DNA of 64,000 nucleotides. Origin: Schleiferiaceae bacterium. Its GTDB lineage: Bacteria > Bacteroidota > Bacteroidia > Flavobacteriales > Schleiferiaceae. The stretch spans positions 25,974 through 89,973 of the forward strand of contig JAVLBR010000001.1 of NCBI GenBank assembly GCA_031581125.1. Reading direction: 5' to 3'. The position numbers and the translations under genes were made by a program. Numbering within the stretch: position 1 is the first letter of the stretch; every line of letters begins with the position of its first letter. Below are positions 47,946 to 58,195 of the stretch, one piece after another. Under the pieces are notes generated by a model. It worked only from the letters and a program-made list of their open reading frames with translations, had not been told where the DNA came from and did not search any database.

Positions 47946-50900
47946 ATGATGAAAAAGTACCTACGAAACTTCGCTTTTCTCTGCGCCCTGCTCATTGGGG
48001 CCAGTAGTGCCTACGGGCAGGCGAGGACCATCACCGGAAAGGTGACAGATGGATCAGGCGCGCCCCTCCCGGGTGCCAATGTCTTGGTGGTAGGAACCAA
48101 AAGAGGTACGGTAACAGGCCCTCAGGGTAAATTTTCTGTGAAAGCAGAAGGTGGGGACAAAGCCCTCCGCGTATCCTTTGTGGGTTTTGAAACCAAAAAA
48201 GTGAATCTCAAATCCGGGCAAAACAACTACAACATCACCCTCAAGGAAGCAGGCCAATTGGATGAAGTAGTGGTTACGGCGCTGGGTGTAGAACGCTCCG
48301 AACAGGCCCTGGGCTACTCGGTCCAGAACCTGAATTCGAAGCAAATCGCCAGTGTGAAGCCTACCAACGTGAGCAACACGCTCTCTGGTAAAGTAGCTGG
48401 GGTGTATGTAACCGGAAGTTCAGCCGGCCCTACCGCTTCTTCCAACGTAAACATCCGGGGCGCTGTATCCCTGCTGGGAAGCAACCAGCCCCTCTACGTG
48501 GTAAATGGTATGCCCATTACCAATGATCTTTACAGTGTAGATGACGGCCTTAACGGCTCCTCTACCATTGACTTTGGTAATGCCGCCCAAATTGTAAACC
48601 CCGATGACATCGCCTCCATGAACGTCCTGAAAGGACCGGCCGCCTCCGCCCTCTACGGCGCACGGGCTGCCAACGGGGTGATCCTTATCGAAACCAAAAC
48701 CGGTAAAGAACAACAAGGCATGGGCGTAGAGCTCAACTCTACCACCATGTTCCGTTCCATCCTCAAAATGCCCGACTTCCAAAATGAATACGGCTTTGGG
48801 GGCGGTGGTAAGTATTCTTACCTCGACGGTTCCAACTATATCGGTAGCAATGAATATTACGAAGCCTACGGTGAAAACTGGGGCCCTCGCATGAATGGGC
48901 AGAACATCAAGCAGTTTAACTCCAACGGTGAGGCCGTGCCCTTCACCCCTGCTTCCGACAACGTGCGCAACTTCTACCGGACCGGTATTAACTCCATTAA
49001 TAACGTAGCCATCAACAACAATAGCGAGAATGGTGATATGCGTTTTTCCTATACCCGGATGGACAACGAAGGGATTATCCCCAACACCAACCTGGAACGA
49101 AACACCGTCCAAATGAGCCTGGGCCGCGAAATGTGGGACGATCGCTTCACTTTCCGGGCCAATGCCATGTTTGTGAACTCCGCCTCTGATAACGTGCCTA
49201 ACTCCGGTTACGATGAGAGCTCTTCCGTGCAGTACGGCTGGCTCTGGTACCCCCGTCAGGTGGAAATCAATGACCTCCGCGACTACTGGGCCCCCGGCCA
49301 GGAAGGTGCCCAGCAGCGCTACGTAGAAAACCTCTGGGTAAACAACCCCTGGTTTGTAGCCAACGAAAACACCAACTCTTTCGAAAGCAACCGCCTCATT
49401 GGTAACCTCCGGGCCGAGTACCAAATATCCCCCCGCCTGAGCGCCCGTGTACGCTACGGTGCCGATGTACTGGCCGAACAGCGTCAGTACCGCCGCGCCC
49501 CTTCTACCAAGGCCGTTCCCTTCGGTAGCTACCGGGAAGATGAAATCTCCTTCTCGGAGACCAACGCGGAAGCACTGATCTCCTACAGCAGCAACAAAAT
49601 GGATGGCAACGACATCCAGTATGATATCAAATTGGGCGGTAACATCATGCGTCAAAACGCCAACTACCTGATCGCAAACAACCCTCAGCTCCAGCTTTTC
49701 GGAACGGACCGCAGCATCTATACCCTGACTAACAGCCGCTCCGGCGTTCAATCCGAATCGCAGAAAACCCAAGTGGGTATCAACAGCCTCTTTGGGGTAG
49801 CTACCGTTTCGTACAAAAACTACCTGTACTTGGACGCCAGCATCCGTAACGACTGGAACAGTACCCTGGTGAGCCCCGTAGCCGGTATCGAAAATTCCGA
49901 CTACTCCTTCCTTTACCCATCGGTGAGTGCTAGTACCATCCTCAGCAATATCCTGGACTTCGAACCCAGCTCAGCGGTAAGCTTCTGGAAATTTAAGGCC
50001 AACTACGCCGAAGTGGGTAACGGCGCGCCCGCTTACTCTTTCGGTCGTACCTTCACCCCTCGTCCTGCCTTTAATGGCAACGCTATCTTCACTACCAACC
50101 GTACCGCTGCCGACCCCGGTCTGGTAAACGAGCGTACCCGTGCCTTTGAGGTGGGGACCGACATCCGCCTCTGGAAAGGCCGTCTGCGTATCGACGCGAC
50201 CTACTACAACATGCTCTCGGACAACCAGGTGATCAGCCTGCCCGTAGCCGCTTCCAGTGGGTATGACTCCAAGCTTACCAACGGAGGCTCTATCCGAAAC
50301 CAAGGGGTAGAATTGCTGGTAACCGGTGTGCCGATTAAAACCAACGATTTTACCTGGTCTTCTACCATTAACCTGGGCCACAACCGAGCCATCGTAGAAT
50401 CCCTGCCGGACATTATCTCTGGTAATCGCTATTCCATCGTGTCCAACATGTTCCCCAACGACGGCGGTACCGCCGGCCTGGAATTTGTAGCCGAAGAAGG
50501 CGAAGCCTACGGCCAGCTTTACGGCCTTGGATTTGAGCGCCACCCCGAAACGGGTGAGATCATTCACCAAAACGGCCGTCCCCTCCACACCACGGAGAAA
50601 GTTTCTGCCGGTAGCTATCAGCCAGACCTGCGGGTAGGTTTCCAAAACAGCTTCCAGTACAAAGATTTCTCCCTCTCTATCCTCTTTGACGGACAGATCG
50701 GTGGACGCATCTTTAGCCGCTCTCAGCAGCTTTACCCCACCGGTGGTACCATTACCAATGATAACGACCCCAACCTCAACATCTCCACTACGGAAGGTCG
50801 TCAACACTACAGCGTGGATTACAACGCTCAAGGTGAGCCCGTATACACCCTGGCAGAGTCAGGTGGAGGCGTAGTAGGCCCCGGTCACAACTGGGATGAT

Positions 50901-51329
50901 AAAAACGGCGATGGCGTCTTCTACACCGTCGACGACGACGGCAACAAGAACTACCAAATGGATGAAATTAGCGGCGATAACACTACCGCCATCCAGCCCG
51001 GAGGCGTGGGTTACGTAGGCTACATGTACTCCTACTACGGTCACGGCTTCCGTCGGGACAACATCGAAGCCGCTACTTACGACGCTACCTACGTGAAGCT
51101 TCGTGAACTAAGCATCGGCTACGATCTGCCCGAGTCCTTTACCAAAAAACTGGGACTTTCCAGTGCTCGCGTAGCCCTGGTAGGTAGAAACCTGCTGCTC
51201 TTCTCTCAAGTACCCACCATCGATCCAGAGACCTACTCCATCCGGAATGGCCGGATCATCCCCGGTTTTGAGAGCCAGCAGATCTTCTCCACCCGCCAGT
51301 ACGGATTCTCCGTTTCCGTAAAACTTTAA
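47946..51329 (+). CDS. SusC/RagA-family TonB-dependent outer-membrane transporter
   Basis: Signal peptide, carboxypeptidase-regulatory-like domain (ITGKVTDGSGAPLPGANVLV), plug region, 1127 aa, C-terminal ..YGFSVSVKL. A SusD-like gene follows. A -7-like box TACTTTTG lies at 47902-47909. Confidence 0.93.
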   Translation: MMKKYLRNFAFLCALLIGASSAYGQARTITGKVTDGSGAPLPGANVLVVGTKRGTVTGPQGKFSVKAEGGDKALRVSFVGFETKKVNLKSGQNNYNITLKEAGQLDEVVVTALGVERSEQALGYSVQNLNSKQIASVKPTNVSNTLSGKVAGVYVTGSSAGPTASSNVNIRGAVSLLGSNQPLYVVNGMPITNDLYSVDDGLNGSSTIDFGNAAQIVNPDDIASMNVLKGPAASALYGARAANGVILIETKTGKEQQGMGVELNSTTMFRSILKMPDFQNEYGFGGGGKYSYLDGSNYIGSNEYYEAYGENWGPRMNGQNIKQFNSNGEAVPFTPASDNVRNFYRTGINSINNVAINNNSENGDMRFSYTRMDNEGIIPNTNLERNTVQMSLGREMWDDRFTFRANAMFVNSASDNVPNSGYDESSSVQYGWLWYPRQVEINDLRDYWAPGQEGAQQRYVENLWVNNPWFVANENTNSFESNRLIGNLRAEYQISPRLSARVRYGADVLAEQRQYRRAPSTKAVPFGSYREDEISFSETNAEALISYSSNKMDGNDIQYDIKLGGNIMRQNANYLIANNPQLQLFGTDRSIYTLTNSRSGVQSESQKTQVGINSLFGVATVSYKNYLYLDASIRNDWNSTLVSPVAGIENSDYSFLYPSVSASTILSNILDFEPSSAVSFWKFKANYAEVGNGAPAYSFGRTFTPRPAFNGNAIFTTNRTAADPGLVNERTRAFEVGTDIRLWKGRLRIDATYYNMLSDNQVISLPVAASSGYDSKLTNGGSIRNQGVELLVTGVPIKTNDFTWSSTINLGHNRAIVESLPDIISGNRYSIVSNMFPNDGGTAGLEFVAEEGEAYGQLYGLGFERHPETGEIIHQNGRPLHTTEKVSAGSYQPDLRVGFQNSFQYKDFSLSILFDGQIGGRIFSRSQQLYPTGGTITNDNDPNLNISTTEGRQHYSVDYNAQGEPVYTLAESGGGVVGPGHNWDDKNGDGVFYTVDDDGNKNYQMDEISGDNTTAIQPGGVGYVGYMYSYYGHGFRRDNIEAATYDATYVKLRELSIGYDLPESFTKKLGLSSARVALVGRNLLLFSQVPTIDPETYSIRNGRIIPGFESQQIFSTRQYGFSVSVKL

Positions 51330-51357
51330 TCTCAGAAACCTGAAAAACATTCAAGTA

Positions 51358-52851
51358 ATGAAAAAGATAAAATCCATAAGTCTTCTTCTCGGCGCCGGAC
51401 TGCTGCTCAGCACTGGCTGCGAGAAATTCGAAGACATGAACAAAAACCCCAACGAACCCACTGAGGTACCGGGTGAAGTACTGCTTCCTTCGGTAATCCG
51501 TCAAGGGGTAAACACTTCCGTAGACGCGGCCTTTCTGGTAGGCAATAACGCCGCCCAGCTTACCGCCAAAACCCTGCGGACTGAAGTAGATGCTTACGAC
51601 TGGAATGCCTTCCCTAAATACTGGGACGGCTGGTACGGTGCCCTCAGCGATGTGAAATCGCTGAAGGACATCTCTCGTACCAATGGCAACGAGCGCATGT
51701 ACGGAACCGCTCTGGTTATGGAAGCCTGGCTCATTTCCTCGCTTACCAATGCCTACGGCGACATTCCCTACTCCGAGGCCATTCAGGGGTTTAATAACAA
51801 TTTCACCCCCGTATACGACGAGCAGCAGGCCATCTACAACAGCCTGCTGGACAGCCTCGACCAGGCCAACACCCTCCTCCAGGGAGAAGGTGAAGTTTCT
51901 GGCGATATCCTCCTCGGCAATGATGCCTCCCGCTGGCAGCGCTTTGGCAATTCCCTTGCCCTGCGCCTGATCATGAACAGTGGCAACAAGCTGGCCGACG
52001 CCGGTACCCGCTTTGCGGATATCTACAACAACAAGCCCCTGATGGAAGGCAACGCGCACAACGCCGTGCTGGACTACACCGGAGCCGCCCCCAACCAGTT
52101 CCCCCTCACGGTGCTGAAAATTGGCGACATCGACGCGGTAGCTCCCAGCGACGCCTCCGTAAGTTACATGGAGCAGTTTAACGACCCCCGCCTCATGCGC
52201 TATGCACGGCCCAAAACCGATGACTTCACCTCCCAAGTGGCCGACTCTACCTTCGGAGGGGCCGTGAACGGACCCGGTTCCGCTTGCCCCAAAGGAGACG
52301 CTTCCGCCATGGGCGTGCAGTACTTTACTTACCCCAACCTTACCAGCGCCAGTGAGCTGGGTCTCGACATGGCCGACGGGATCGTCATGACCTACGCCGA
52401 GCTCGAGTTCATCATCGCGGAGGCCATCGCCAAAGGCTGGATCAGCGGTACCATCGAAGATCACTACCGCGCCGGCATCGAGGCTTCTCACCTCTACTAC
52501 GAGGTAGATTACGCGCCCTTCGGTTACACCGACTTTACCGACTTCTACACCAATTCCGGGGTAGCCTACAGCCAGGTAACCGACATCTGGGCCCAGAAGT
52601 GGATCGCCCTCTTCTTTACCGGTATGGAGCCTTATTACGAAGTACGCCGCTGGTACAACGAGTCCGGCGACAACTTCTCCGGCATTCCCTTCCTGGGGCC
52701 TACCTGCAACAACGAAAACAACGACAACCTCCCCACCCGCTTCCTTTACCCAGGGGAAGAGCAGTCGCTCAACAGCGAAAACTACCAAGAAGCCCTGTCC
52801 CGCATAGGCGGTACCAACAGCTTCAATGCCGACATGTGGATCCTGCAATAA
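51358..52851 (+). CDS. SusD-like (SusD_2-type) outer-membrane lipoprotein
   Basis: Lipobox LLSTGC. Begins with the typical ..FEDMNKNPNEPTE.. and contains WQRFGNSLALRL and YAELEFIIAEA motifs. Paired with the upstream SusC. Confidence 0.87.
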   Translation: MKKIKSISLLLGAGLLLSTGCEKFEDMNKNPNEPTEVPGEVLLPSVIRQGVNTSVDAAFLVGNNAAQLTAKTLRTEVDAYDWNAFPKYWDGWYGALSDVKSLKDISRTNGNERMYGTALVMEAWLISSLTNAYGDIPYSEAIQGFNNNFTPVYDEQQAIYNSLLDSLDQANTLLQGEGEVSGDILLGNDASRWQRFGNSLALRLIMNSGNKLADAGTRFADIYNNKPLMEGNAHNAVLDYTGAAPNQFPLTVLKIGDIDAVAPSDASVSYMEQFNDPRLMRYARPKTDDFTSQVADSTFGGAVNGPGSACPKGDASAMGVQYFTYPNLTSASELGLDMADGIVMTYAELEFIIAEAIAKGWISGTIEDHYRAGIEASHLYYEVDYAPFGYTDFTDFYTNSGVAYSQVTDIWAQKWIALFFTGMEPYYEVRRWYNESGDNFSGIPFLGPTCNNENNDNLPTRFLYPGEEQSLNSENYQEALSRIGGTNSFNADMWILQ

Positions 52852-52890
52852 GGCAGACCACCTAAGCTAACTTTCTAGTTTTAGCCTAAA

Positions 52891-52924
52891 AGCCCGGTGC
52901 GCCCTGCGTACCGGGCTTTTTCTT
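52891..52924 (+). terminator. Rho-independent terminator after the susCD pair
   Basis: AGCCCGGT-gcgccctgcgt-ACCGGGCT followed by TTTTT. Confidence 0.7.
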
Positions 52925-53066
52925 GTGGCCATACGGGGCCTACCGGCCAAATGAGCCTCCTTCTCCGGAGGTAGCCAGATGTTCTTTCGCTCGCAGCCAT
53001 AGGACCAAGAGTGTAAGCACTCCCCCACTTGGGCCCAATCCTTTCTTCCGAGAAAATAGCTTACCC

Positions 53067-53771
53067 CTAATGCCGCGCCTGCGCTAGCGTCATTACCGAA
53101 AGACTGATGTCCGGTACGCTGAGAAAAGTTTGCAAACAGCCCTCCAGGGTGGCGCCCGTGGTGAGCACATCGTCTATGAGCAGCAGGTGCTGGTGGCGCA
53201 GCGGACCACTGTCGCGCAAGGCAAAAATCCGCTCTACATTTTGCCAGCGCTCAAAGCGGCCCTTTAAAGTCTGCGTCTCGCTATGCGTACGCCGGTAGAG
53301 ATATTGCTCCCACACCGGAATACCGGTTACCCCGGAGATGCCAGCTGATATCCGCTCGGCCTGGTTATAGCCGCGCTTCTGACGTTTTTTGGGGTGGAGC
53401 GGCACCGGTACCAGGCCATCGATCCCGCCAAAGAAACCACTGTCTTTCCAATCTTCCGCCGCCAAGGCTCCCAAAAAAACGCCCACTTCCGGCTGGCGCC
53501 GGTATTTGAGCTGATGCATAAGCGACTGGACCACGCCCCCCTTGTAAAAGCGCAGATAAGCCCCCGCCCGCTCCAGCGGCACCCGCCCCACAAAGGCGGA
53601 AGCCACCGGGTTTTTAGGTTGAAAAGCATGCCGGGTCTTGGGCAGCTGGCCCAGGCAAGGCAGGCACAGCCACTCTTCTCCCGCCAGCAGCACCCGGTCA
53701 CAGTGCACGCAGGCCGGCGGATAAAAGGTGTCACCAAGCGTTTTGAGAACAGAGCTTAAGGCGGCTTTCAT
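53067..53771 (-). CDS. comF: ComF-family protein (phosphoribosyltransferase domain with N-terminal Cys4 zinc finger)
   Basis: CVHCD..CLPC zinc-finger cysteines and the PRTase motif LLLIDDVLTTGATLE. Confidence 0.85.
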   Translation of the reverse strand: MKAALSSVLKTLGDTFYPPACVHCDRVLLAGEEWLCLPCLGQLPKTRHAFQPKNPVASAFVGRVPLERAGAYLRFYKGGVVQSLMHQLKYRRQPEVGVFLGALAAEDWKDSGFFGGIDGLVPVPLHPKKRQKRGYNQAERISAGISGVTGIPVWEQYLYRRTHSETQTLKGRFERWQNVERIFALRDSGPLRHQHLLLIDDVLTTGATLEGCLQTFLSVPDISLSVMTLAQARH

Positions 53772-53780
53772 AGCCGAAAT

Positions 53781-56700
53781 TTACAAAAAGGCCTTCACTT
53801 CTACCTGCCCGGTATGCACCGCCGGAACGCCGCCACTAAAGCGCCCTCGATAAGTAAGGCTTACCACCACGTTTTCCAAAAAGGTGCGTTGAAAAGTAAG
53901 CTGCGCCTGCAGGTTGTCACCCGGCTGGAGGGCCTGCAGCATGGAAAAGGCCGCCGGTGTGTTCTGAGGTCCGGCAAAGCCATTAAAGACGTAACTCACT
54001 TCACTTCGCAGCGCCAGCTTGTCCGAGCGGTTGAGCTGAAATTCCAGCGTAGCATCGTGGCTCACCAGCAAGTTGTTCTGCTCCGCCTTACTTTCCTCAC
54101 TGCGTACCTGGTAGCTCCCCGTAAGCACCAGCGCTTCTCCTGGTTGGTAGCTCAGGGCATACCGGTTGCGATAGGCCTGAATGGTGTAGTTGCGCCGCGC
54201 AAAATTACCGGAAGCATTGCGCCGCTCCCCGCCAGCAGCTCCCACCCGGAAGATCAAGTCCTTTTGAAAGCGGTAGCGCAGGTTTAGCTCCTGCTCCTCC
54301 TTTAACTGGCGCTCCACCCCGAAGGAAAGCAGGTTGCGATTGTCCGTCCGCCGGTAGGTATAATCTCCCCCGAAGAGCACTTGGCTCCGGTTGAAAAACA
54401 GCGTATGCCGAAAGTTATTGGTGAGGCCCACGATCAAGCTATCGGCCGCGGGTTTTTCGAAAGGATTGAGACTATTCCGCGCGCCTGACTGCCGCACTTT
54501 GCGCTCCAGGCGGTAACTGCTCACGGTAGAAAACCGGCTTACCAAGCGGCGCCAATCCTCCTTTTGCCGCCAGGCTTGAGGCGCCTGCACGCGTAGGTTC
54601 TCCCCGAGCTTCACCTGGCTGGTGCGCACGTAGGTGTCCGTGGGGGTGAATACGCGGATATAATTGGCCAAGTCCGGAGCAGGGGCCACCTCAAATTCAT
54701 CCAACTCCTGCTCCCCATTGCCATTATAATCGGTAAAGGTGTAGGTACCGGTTCCGGAGGGCACCTTCAAGTAGCTAAAAACCCGCCGGGGCTCCCGGCC
54801 GCTGCCCGTTTCGTAGAGCGTTTGGCTCACCACCACTTCGCGCCACAGCCGTTGCTGGTAGTTTAGCCGGGAAGTGATGGTTTGGATGGCAGGGCCATTT
54901 TGCTGGGGCAGCGCCACCTGCCGCCAGTTTACCTGCCCCTGGAGGCGGCCATTGGCCCCATGGGCCCATTGGCCCCGCAGGCGGAGCGTTTGTTCCCGCG
55001 AGAAGGAACGCCAGCTGCCTTGCCGCACCGTATCCTCCCAACGCTGGCGATAGCTCAGTTCGCCAAAGTTGGCCGTACTATCGCCATACCCCAGGCCCGC
55101 GCCGTACTGCCAAAACCGGAAACTGGTCCGCAGCAAGCTGTCCCCTTGGCGAGAACGCTCCGCATTGTATTCGCCCAGGGTGCTTATAAAACTCCAGGCC
55201 TGCGCCCCCCACCGCCAATCGTAGCGCCCGCGCTCCCGCCAGAAGTGGGTACTGCGGAGGCTGTCGCGACTCCGCAAATAGGCCGTGCGCAGGGCCAACT
55301 GACTCCGCTCGCCTTGGCGCCTAAACTGCAGCTTATGCCGCTGGCCTTCGGTGGGCCCCGCCGCCAACCATTCCGCCCGGTACCCGCCCCGGAGCGAATC
55401 GGCCTGGTAAGTAAGGGAAGCCCCGCCCAGCGCCACGTCGCCCTGATAGCGCAGGGGCAGGCTCCACTGGCGGGCAAATTCCAGGGAACGAATGCGCTCT
55501 ACCGTGGCGTAGCGCGCTTGGTTAAACTCATAGTTGGCCCGGCTGATAAGCCGGCCCTTCCCCAGCTTCCAATCGCCCTGGTAACCCAGCTTCCCGGCCA
55601 TGCCCAGGTCGTTGTTTTGATCCCGTTCGGAAAAGCGATTGAGATCCTGCCGGCTCACCGCCCAATCGGCCCGGAGCTGATGGCCCGGGGCCAGCTTCCC
55701 TTGCGTGGATAAATTCAGCACCTCCAGCCGCCGGGGCGCTATGAGCTGGCGTACCGGCGCATAGCTGCCCTGAGGCTGGCCATTGGCCGGCGCCACCCAG
55801 CGGTACACCCGGCCATTGGCATCGCTGCGGGCCAGCTCATAATTCCCCCGCCCCTCCCCTACGAAGGTAAAACCGGCCGTGTAAAGGTTTCCGCTGCTAT
55901 CGGGCGTGTACACCAGCACCGAATCATAGCCCAGGGAATCGGTAAGGCGGTAAAAAAGGCCCCCTTCGTTGTAAGAGGCCGGTTGAGCGGTATTGATTTG
56001 GGCCTGATCCAGGTCATCTCCCGCCTGGGCCAGGCGCTGTTTTTCGGTATCGCTATACTCCTCCGCCAGCGGCTGGCTGGGATGATCCTGCTCGGTGTAA
56101 TAGTCCACCTGCGTTTCCCACTGAGCCCCTTCCCAGCCCGTTTGGCCGTAAGCCACCGTCCGCAAAAAATTGCGCTGGGTGTACTGAAACTCCACGGTGA
56201 TGCGCATATTGCGGGTAATAGGCTGCAGGGCGGTAAAGGTGATCTCGCCCGCGTTGTAGTCCATCACGTAGTCGTTTTGCTGCCCGCGCTGCTGCAGCTC
56301 CCCGTTGATATACACCCGCTCCGAGCCCGAAATGATGACGATAAAATTCTCTCCCTCGTTGCCGCGTAGTTTATAAGGGCCCTGGTTGCCCTCTTCCCCC
56401 TGAAAGCGGTTGCGGGCAAATTTCCCCCGGGCCAGTCCGCCGTGCAGCCGGAGCGGCAGCTGCCCGGTACCCGCTTTATTAAGAACGGTTTCTATCCCGG
56501 CGCCGCTCACACGTTTGGCAAAGCCCAAAAAATACGCACTATCGGAGGCCAGCGTGTAGTCACCGGCGCGCAGCAGGCCAAAGTCGGGGTTCTCCAGCTC
56601 CAGGTACACCCGGTCAAACTCCCGCAGCTGCTGGGTATAGCCGCCCGTTTGTACCGGCAACTGCTCATCGGTAATGCTGGCCCGCAACTGGGTACCGGCG

Positions 56701-57233
56701 GTTATTTGGCCGGTGAGCTGCAGGTTAAGGGCGGAGTTGAGTACCGCATCCTGATTGCTGCCCACCGTCACGCCCCGGCTTATGCTGCCCTGCGAACTCA
56801 GCCCGGCAAAGGGCTCAAATCCTTGCCGCCGGGTTTGGGCGTCGCTGTACTGCGCGGCGCGTAGGCGCTCTTCATCGGGCAGGCGCGGCAGCAGGCGGCT
56901 GGTATCCTTGTTTTGATAGGAAGGCCTCACGGCCAAAGGAACCCTTCGATACCGCAAGTGCAGCGGCCGGGAAGCAGCGCTGTCCAATACCAGGAACCAG
57001 GGCCCCGTGCCCGCCAGGTGAAAGGCCGGCTGCCGCAAATGACCAGCGGTATCCCTAAACTGGATGGTGGCCATGACCGGCGGAAAGCTGTCCAAAGCCA
57101 CCCGCTGGGTGCCCACCGGCACGGGGCGCTCTACCCATTCCGCCCAGGTGGTATCCAGCTGCGCCCTTCCCGCCCAGGGGAGGAGTAAAAGCAGCCCTAA
57201 AATGGCGGCGATATGCACCTGACCTGGCCTCAT
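53781..57233 (-). CDS. Large (1150-aa) secreted protein of unknown function, predicted outer-membrane beta-barrel
   Basis: Signal peptide MRPGQVHIAAILGLLLLLPWAGRAQ. R/Y/Q-rich alternating beta-strand-like sequence throughout. The C-terminal ..GQVEVKAFL has an aromatic residue at -2. No family motif recognised. Confidence 0.7.
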   Translation of the reverse strand: MRPGQVHIAAILGLLLLLPWAGRAQLDTTWAEWVERPVPVGTQRVALDSFPPVMATIQFRDTAGHLRQPAFHLAGTGPWFLVLDSAASRPLHLRYRRVPLAVRPSYQNKDTSRLLPRLPDEERLRAAQYSDAQTRRQGFEPFAGLSSQGSISRGVTVGSNQDAVLNSALNLQLTGQITAGTQLRASITDEQLPVQTGGYTQQLREFDRVYLELENPDFGLLRAGDYTLASDSAYFLGFAKRVSGAGIETVLNKAGTGQLPLRLHGGLARGKFARNRFQGEEGNQGPYKLRGNEGENFIVIISGSERVYINGELQQRGQQNDYVMDYNAGEITFTALQPITRNMRITVEFQYTQRNFLRTVAYGQTGWEGAQWETQVDYYTEQDHPSQPLAEEYSDTEKQRLAQAGDDLDQAQINTAQPASYNEGGLFYRLTDSLGYDSVLVYTPDSSGNLYTAGFTFVGEGRGNYELARSDANGRVYRWVAPANGQPQGSYAPVRQLIAPRRLEVLNLSTQGKLAPGHQLRADWAVSRQDLNRFSERDQNNDLGMAGKLGYQGDWKLGKGRLISRANYEFNQARYATVERIRSLEFARQWSLPLRYQGDVALGGASLTYQADSLRGGYRAEWLAAGPTEGQRHKLQFRRQGERSQLALRTAYLRSRDSLRSTHFWRERGRYDWRWGAQAWSFISTLGEYNAERSRQGDSLLRTSFRFWQYGAGLGYGDSTANFGELSYRQRWEDTVRQGSWRSFSREQTLRLRGQWAHGANGRLQGQVNWRQVALPQQNGPAIQTITSRLNYQQRLWREVVVSQTLYETGSGREPRRVFSYLKVPSGTGTYTFTDYNGNGEQELDEFEVAPAPDLANYIRVFTPTDTYVRTSQVKLGENLRVQAPQAWRQKEDWRRLVSRFSTVSSYRLERKVRQSGARNSLNPFEKPAADSLIVGLTNNFRHTLFFNRSQVLFGGDYTYRRTDNRNLLSFGVERQLKEEQELNLRYRFQKDLIFRVGAAGGERRNASGNFARRNYTIQAYRNRYALSYQPGEALVLTGSYQVRSEESKAEQNNLLVSHDATLEFQLNRSDKLALRSEVSYVFNGFAGPQNTPAAFSMLQALQPGDNLQAQLTFQRTFLENVVVSLTYRGRFSGGVPAVHTGQVEVKAFL

Positions 57234-57371
57234 GCGTGGAGATTTGGATAAGCTCCGTGGCGGAGTGAGAAGCTATGCATGTTTCTGCTTTGTATTTTGG
57301 CCCCTCTGCTGGCCGGCGGCCCCTTAGCTACGGGCCCCGGTAGCGGGCCAAGCCCAAATATGATATCGCTG

Positions 57372-58136
57372 ATGAAGATAATTTCGTACAATGTTAATGG
57401 TATTCGCGCAGCCCTGCGCAAAGGGTTGGATGAATGGCTGCAAAAGGCCGCGCCGGACGTGCTCTGCATTCAGGAAAGCAAGGCCCAGCCGGAGCAGATA
57501 GATCAAGCCCATTTTGCCCAGCTGGGCTACCAAAGCCACTGGCACAGCGCCCAGAAAAAAGGCTACAGTGGTGTGGGCATCCTGAGCCGCCAGGCGCCTG
57601 ATTATGTAGAGGCGGGCACCGGCCTCGATTACATAGACCAAGAAGGGCGGGTGATCCGGGCCGATTTTGGGGAGCTCACAGTGCTAAGCGTGTACGTACC
57701 CAGTGGCACCACCGGCGGCCCCCGGCAGGAAGTAAAGATGCGCTTTCTGGAAGACTTTCAGCGCTACGTGCTCCACCTGCGGGCATCACGGCCCCAGCTG
57801 GTCCTCTGCGGCGATTTTAACATTTGCCATACGGAGATCGATATCCACAATCCCAAGCAAAACCAGAAGACCAGCGGCTTTTTGCCGGAGGAGCGCGCCT
57901 GGGTAAGTCAGTTTCTCGAGCAGGGCTTTGTAGATGCCTTCCGCCACTTGCACCCCGGCGAACCGGACCACTATAGCTGGTGGAGCTACCGGGCCAATGC
58001 CCGGGCGCGCAACAAGGGCTGGCGCATCGATTACAACTTCCTTTCCCAGCCGCTGGCCGCGCGGCTCCAGCACGCCCGCATCCTAAACCAGGCCTACCAC
58101 AGCGATCACTGTCCGGTGCTGGTGGGGGTGGAGTAG
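57372..58136 (+). CDS. xth: Exodeoxyribonuclease III (AP endonuclease)
   Basis: MKIISYNVNGIRAA.., LCIQESK, GDFNICHTEIDIHNP, WSYR, SDHCPV. The ATG at 57372 gives a typical 254-aa Xth; the ORF upstream extension is implausible. Confidence 0.92.
   Translation: MKIISYNVNGIRAALRKGLDEWLQKAAPDVLCIQESKAQPEQIDQAHFAQLGYQSHWHSAQKKGYSGVGILSRQAPDYVEAGTGLDYIDQEGRVIRADFGELTVLSVYVPSGTTGGPRQEVKMRFLEDFQRYVLHLRASRPQLVLCGDFNICHTEIDIHNPKQNQKTSGFLPEERAWVSQFLEQGFVDAFRHLHPGEPDHYSWWSYRANARARNKGWRIDYNFLSQPLAARLQHARILNQAYHSDHCPVLVGVE
58103..58135 (+). repeat. 33-bp direct repeat, copy 1 (functional 3' end of xth)
   Basis: cgatcactgtccggtgctggtgggggtggagta is identical to 58896..58928. Confidence 0.95.
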
Positions 58137-58195
58137 ACTGTTTCTTTTTGTTTTAGCACACCAGATCTCTTTTATACGGTTGGTAACTTGGTTTT

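Noticed and set aside
48420-52848. Long minus-strand ORFs (48420..49772, 450 aa; 49971..50831; 51256..52848, 530 aa) opposite the susC/susD genes
   Set aside because: These are typical high-GC antisense shadow ORFs with G/V/A/H-rich translations. The plus-strand genes carry clear SusC and SusD signatures. The same reasoning applies to 1639..2316, 33458..34228, 41866..42927, 59014..59880, 59971..60885 and 29209..30216.
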